From the human T2T-CHM13v2.0 reference genome, Homo sapiens, in NCBI RefSeq assembly GCF_009914755.1, contig NC_060927.1: DNA of 64,000 nt; one strand, given 5' to 3'. The number at the start of each line of letters is the position of its first letter. Within the stretch, counting starts at the first letter, position 1. Shown here piece after piece: positions 58,598-64,000 of the stretch. The position numbers and the translations under genes are program-made. The notes under the pieces are model-generated. The model was given only the letters and a program-made list of their open reading frames with translations. It ran no database searches and was not told the origin of the DNA.

Positions 58598-59971
58598 GAA
58601 TCCTTCTCTTCTTCCTGGGAATTATTTATGTGTTCTTCCTGGGTTGAATTATTCATTCCCTGCATTCCATTTTCTTTCTCTTTTGGTGTATTCCCTGATT
58701 TTGATGAAGCATAAATTTCAATGTTTTTCCAAGAAAGAATGAATGGGAAATACACTGAGAAAACATTTTGCATGTCTGAAAATGTCTTTACTTTCACATT
58801 TTGATAATAATTTTTCTTCATGTAGATCCTGATCAAAGAACATTTGTCTCAGAATTTAAATATATTTCCATGACATCTTCTACCTTCCAGTTTTGCTACG
58901 TAACCGCCTAGTGCCATCTTGATCCTCAATATTCTGTATGAGACTCAATTGTTTCTTTCTGGAGTATTTTGTTTCCTTTTTCTCACCAATGTTCTGAAAT
59001 TTCAGAATTATACATTTTGTTGTGGGTTTCTTTGAATTCATTGCATTGGGCTCTCAGTTAAATGTCATAATTTAGACACTATATCCTTCAGTTTCGGGAC
59101 AGTTTTATTATTTCTTTGATAATTTTCTCTCCTCCATTTTCCTTGTTTTCTTTTTTTACCGGACATTTCATTATATGAATGTTTGCTTTCTTAGATTAAC
59201 CCTATTAAAATATTTTTTCACTGTGTTTTTTCTCTTCTGTCTCATAGATTAGAAGTTTTTTTGTTGGTTATTTTTTGCTTTATTGTCTTGAAGTTTTTTG
59301 CTTTATTTTGTTTTTGGTAATTTTTCTTCTGCCCTTTGCATTGACTTCATTTCTTCCTAGATCCTCTTTCTTGCTTGCAAGTTTATCCTGTGATGCCCAC
59401 TAAAGAACAACACACTAAAATGCTCATTATCAGACCTCTTCATATGTGAGTAGATTTCATCTTAATGTGATTTTGATGCAAACCAATTAATTTTCTGCCA
59501 CTCTTTGTTTTCCCTGGTTGTATAATCCTGAATGCCAGCATTGTGGGAGACAAGAAGGTGAAGGGTGAAGGAAGTCTCACCATTAACTATTCAGATTTTC
59601 ACTTAACCTTCCTCTTTCCAGTATAGCATCTCACTCCTTGGTCTCAGCTTGCCTGATATGTCAAGCACAGAAGCAAAGCTCCAGTTTTACACTGAGGAAG
59701 GACCAAACTGCCCTGCAAAAGATAGGGTGATTTGTGGTTCAAATCAGGATTGTTTCTTGTTTGTTCTACCGTACAGACTAGCCCTTGTCTTTCTCCAATT
59801 TGTCAGTTACCATTTGTCCATCCCATTCTATAGACTCCAAAAATTGTCATCTCAGCTTTATCTTCACTCTCATTCTCTTTGTTGCGCAGTGTACACCCAC
59901 ACACATACATATGTATACACACACACATATACACACACACACATATATATATAATACACACACATACATAT

Positions 59972-61993
59972 TGTGTTAGTTTGTTCTTCCATTGCTATAA
60001 ATAAATACCTGAGACTGGGTAATCTGTAAAGAAAAGAGGTTTTATTTTGGCTCACATTTCTGCAGGCTATACATGAAGCATAGTGTTGAAATCAGCTTGT
60101 AGTGAGGGTCTCAGGAAGCTTACTATCATGGTGGAAGTTGAAGTGGGGACCAGCACATCACATGACAAGTGAGGGAACAAGAAAGAGAAGGGGGAGGTTT
60201 CAGACTCCTTTAAACAATCAAATCTCCCATAAATTAATCGAGCAAAAACTCACTCATCACTAAGGGGATGGTGCTAAGCCATTCATGAGGGATCTGACCC
60301 CATGATCCAATACCTCCCACTAGGCCCCACCTCCAACACTAGGGATCATGTTTCAACATGAGATTTGGACTGGACATGCATCCAAACCATATTATTGCAC
60401 CCTTAGTTCTCCAGATGCTTTTCTCACATTGCAAAACACAATTATCTCTCCCAATAGTTCCACACAAAGTCTTAAATGTTTTCAGCATGAAGACAAAAGT
60501 ATTAAGTCTCATCTGAGACTCATCACCTCCCACCTATGATCCTGTGAAAGCAAAAACAGTTATTTGTTCCCAAGGTTCAATGGTAGTACAAGCATTGGGT
60601 AAATATTCTCATTTGAAAAAGGAAAAAATGGCCAAAATAATGGGGCAGTAGGCCCCATGCAAGTGTAAAACCCAGCAGGGTAGACATTAAACCTTAAAGC
60701 TACAAAATAATCTCCCTTAACTTTATGTCCTGCATCTAGGGCAGACTGGTGCAAGGAGTGGCTTCCCAAGGGCTTGGGCAGCTCCACTGCTGTGGTTCTG
60801 CAGCAGGCAGAACTGGCTGTGGTCACCGGGTGTAGCTGAATGCCTGCAGCTTTTCCAGGCCCAGGATGCAAGCTACCAGTGGCTCTATCATTCTTGGGTC
60901 TGAAGTTTAGAGGCCCCTTACCACAGCTCCACTAGACAGTGACCCCCTTAGGGACACTATGTGAAGGCTCCAATCCCACATTTCCCTTTAACATTGTTCT
61001 AGAAGGGTTTCTGTGTGAGGGAAGGCTTCTGTCTAGGCACCCAGGCTTTCCAATGCCTCCTCTGACATCTAGGGGGAAGCTGCCAAGCCTCCTTTGCAGT
61101 TGCATTCTGTGAGCTTCCAGACTTAACATCCAACGGAAGCCACCAAGGCTTATGGTAGCATGCACTCTCCAGAGCAGCAGCCTGAGCTATACCTGGGACA
61201 CTTTGAGCCACAAGTGGAGCCATAGCTGGAGTAGCTGGGATGTGGGAGGCAGTGTACCGAGGCTGAACAGGGCAGTGACACCCTGGACTTGACTCTCAAA
61301 ACCATTCTTTCCTCCTTGGCCTCTTGTCCTGAGACCTCATCAGCCTGGCTTTTATTATTCATATTTCTATTAGCATTTTGGTTGCAACAATTTAATCAGT
61401 CTCTAAGAAGCTACAAAAGTTTCCTCATCTTCCTGTCCTCTTCTGAGCCCCCAAAACTCTTCCAACTTCTGCTCATTACCCAGCTCCAAAGTCAATTCCA
61501 CATTTTCAGGTAACTTTATAGCAATGCCCCATTCTTTAGTACCAATTTTCTGTGTTAATGCTTTTTTGCATTGCTATAAAGAAATACCTCAGACTGGACT
61601 GGGTAACTTACAAAGAGAAGGATTTTATTTTGGCTTATGGTTCTGTAGGCTGTACAGAAAGTATGGTGCTGGCAAATGCTTCTGGTGAGGGCTCCAGGAA
61701 GCTTACAATAGTGGTAAAAGGTAAAGAGGGAGCCAGTGCATCACATGGTGAGAGAAGGAGCAAGACAAAAGGGAGAAGTTCAAGACTCATTTAAACAATT
61801 GGATCTTATGTAAACTAACTGAGTGAAAACGTATGTATAACAAAAGAGATGATACTAAGCCATTCATGAAGAATACACCCCTCTGACCTCCATGATCCAA
61901 ACACCTCTCACCAGGCCCCACCTCCAACATATTTCAACATGAGAATCACATTTCAACATGAGATCTGAAGGGGACACACATCCAAACTACAAC
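59972..61993 (-). mobile_element. MSTA/MSTB MaLR provirus: LTR 59972-60394, internal region, LTR 61551-61993
   Basis: Two related LTRs (cattgctataaa..aatacct..gactgg) flank MST-int sequence, with (CA)-rich repeats on both sides. Confidence 0.88.
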
Positions 61994-62425
61994 ACACACA
62001 CACACAAACACACACACAGACACACACACACACACACACACATATTTAATTCCTTGACTATCATTTCAATGAAATTGTCAGAAAATAACAAAGATAAGCA
62101 ACTGTCTACCATGCTATTATTGCCTGTGGTGCACAGCCACACATTAGTAGTCATCCCTGAAGTCACCACTATATATATATGGATTCTTGAAAATATCATT
62201 TGTTAAAATGCAGCCAAGTTATTTGCTAAGAAGAAAGGTGACCTTCACTCCAGTTCACAATAACTTTCTCATTTCCATCTGAGACTTCATCATCCTGGCC
62301 TACATTTCACAAGGTTTCTTCATTTTTACTTCCATTTCTGTTTTTCTCCATGAACTACTCACAAAGATAAGCATAAGCAGGCACAGAATCTTCCATCGGA
62401 GTAACATGGCTTCCCTCACCTCTCT

Positions 62426-62919
62426 TGTAACCCTAGAACTTGCTTACTCTGGTTCAAATTTTATATAACAAATTTGTGAGTTGCATTTCAGTGCAGCAGA
62501 CCCCTACATTGCTGGTTACATAATTGGAGCATGCCCAGGTAAGTATGCCAGGTGCGTGGTCTAGGAGCCAGCAAGAGCGGAAGAGTCACCCAGAAGCAGA
62601 ACCAATCTACTTGGATCAAGGAATGGGGACCAAATGCAGAAACAAGGGATGCCTGCTTTTGTTGTAGTATGGACTTAAGAGCCAAGGACGTCAGCATGAC
62701 CTAGCAAAGTCACGCCTCATTGCATTTTCTTATCTGTTTCATTGTAACCCTCTACCAACAAAACCTATCCCCATATCCCAGCCTCGGAAAGACAGATTTG
62801 AGCATTTCCTCCTGTCTCCTCTCCAGTGACTTTGCCATGAAGCTTTTTCTTTTCTCAAAAACTGGTGTTGTGGTATTGGTTTCTATGTACACTGAGCAGT
62901 ACGCCTTTGCTTGGTAACA
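62426..62919 (+). mobile_element. ERV1-class solo LTR (MER92-like, from memory)
   Basis: TGTAACC...GGTAACA termini, 4-bp TSD CTCT, and gacagatttgagcatttcctcctgtctcc motif. Confidence 0.75.
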
Positions 62920-62924
62920 CTCTA

Positions 62925-63260
62925 TCATTACACTCAGAAAGCAGAAGCCTGGTGGGCAGCTGTTGGCGGTAGCAACTGTTGCATCCCTGAGCACCACCTC
63001 CTGGGAATGGCTGGGATGAAGAGAGGCACAGGGGTGCACTGGTGACTTCAAGGATGAGTACTCACGTGTGGCTGTGCACCACAAGCAAGGATCACCATCA
63101 GACCCGGGGCAATCCTGCCACCTGGGTCACACAAGCCTCATTTGCCCAGCCTGCTTCTACCTGGACAAGGTCCTGCTCACCTAGGGGAGCCTCCTGCACT
63201 AGAGACGCTGCTCACGCTCTTAATCTTGATCTTAAATGTTTTTTGGCCATGCTGCCATGT
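62925..63260 (-). promoter_or_regulatory. Possible promoter and first exon of the minus-strand unit
   Basis: GC-richer unique patch with donors CAC|gtgagt (63066) and TAG|gtgagc (63181). X-box-like GTTGGCGGTAGCAAC at 62962-62976. Confidence 0.3.
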
Positions 63261-64000
63261 TGCTGGAATAGTCTCTTCTGTCTTCTACTGTCTGATGAAC
63301 TTATCCCCCAAACTGCTGTTTCATTTCATGCAGAGGAGTTTAGCTACATTATGTATTTTTTTTTATTTCTCATTGACTCATACTCATAGACATGCTTTAC
63401 ATAATCTATGTTTAATCTAAATTTTCATTGATTGTATGATGCATCATTATATAATTTGCCACTAAAGAGAAAGGCCGCTAATTATGACTTTAAGACATCT
63501 TAAATTGTAAGACAGGTCTTGATTTTAAAATAGAAAAATATTAATTTTGGCATCAATTAAATATCGTACATGGTTTATCCCATAATCTTCCCAAATGAAA
63601 CATCTCAGAGAATTCTGGTATTAAAACAAGAAAGTTGATCGCAATAGTCTGAATGAGGACTAGCGACTTAAGTGGCTGTAAATCGAATTTTTTTATAGCT
63701 AGACTTTACTGAGATCTCTAATCATTAAAGCTTCTACTACACAGATTCAGATAACTTGAAGATATGTTTTTCATGAAGGAAATTTTGCTTTGCTTCCACA
63801 GTAATAACAGTGTGGTATTTAATTAGTTCTATTTTAAAATTTTTATATTAAAAATAAACATTAATTTAGCTTTAATATTAGCTATTGAATTTGATGTGGG
63901 TTATTAATTAAACTCTAAAATGTGTGAAGAAGCAAATATTTTTCTTCCAAGTATCCATTCAAATTAGATGTATTCATATATATTCCCAAATTTACTTGCA

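Overview
AT-rich primate (most likely human) genomic DNA dominated by interspersed repeats: 7 Alus and 2 Alu monomers, L2/MIR, old L1M, MaLR and ERV1 LTRs, MER5 and MER8. The only intact protein-coding sequence I can recognise is ORF1 of a full-length 6.03-kb L1PA2/L1PA3-type LINE-1 (23591-29621, +); its ORF2 carries two 1-bp frameshifts. The most interesting signal is on the minus strand, in non-repeat DNA. About 11 segments bounded by splice sites (38776 down to ~50, with possible 5' exons at 52.0, 55.3 and 63.1 kb) join with compatible intron phases. By manual alignment their stop-riddled translation follows the F-BAR/FCH fold: a KERxxLE helix, QER..K.K, H.PN...E....Y and AA...EPP. This suggests a fossil, unprocessed (possibly unitary) F-BAR pseudogene spanning most of the window, perhaps still transcribed as a lncRNA. 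I cannot name the locus. The homology was assessed by eye against remembered sequences and needs HMM, synteny and RNA-seq confirmation. Smaller oddities are a short interstitial telomeric insert with a target duplication, an internally deleted L1PB, nested insertions, and inverted Alu pairs around candidate exons. Repeat subfamily calls come from remembered consensus diagnostics, and boundaries of old repeats are approximate.
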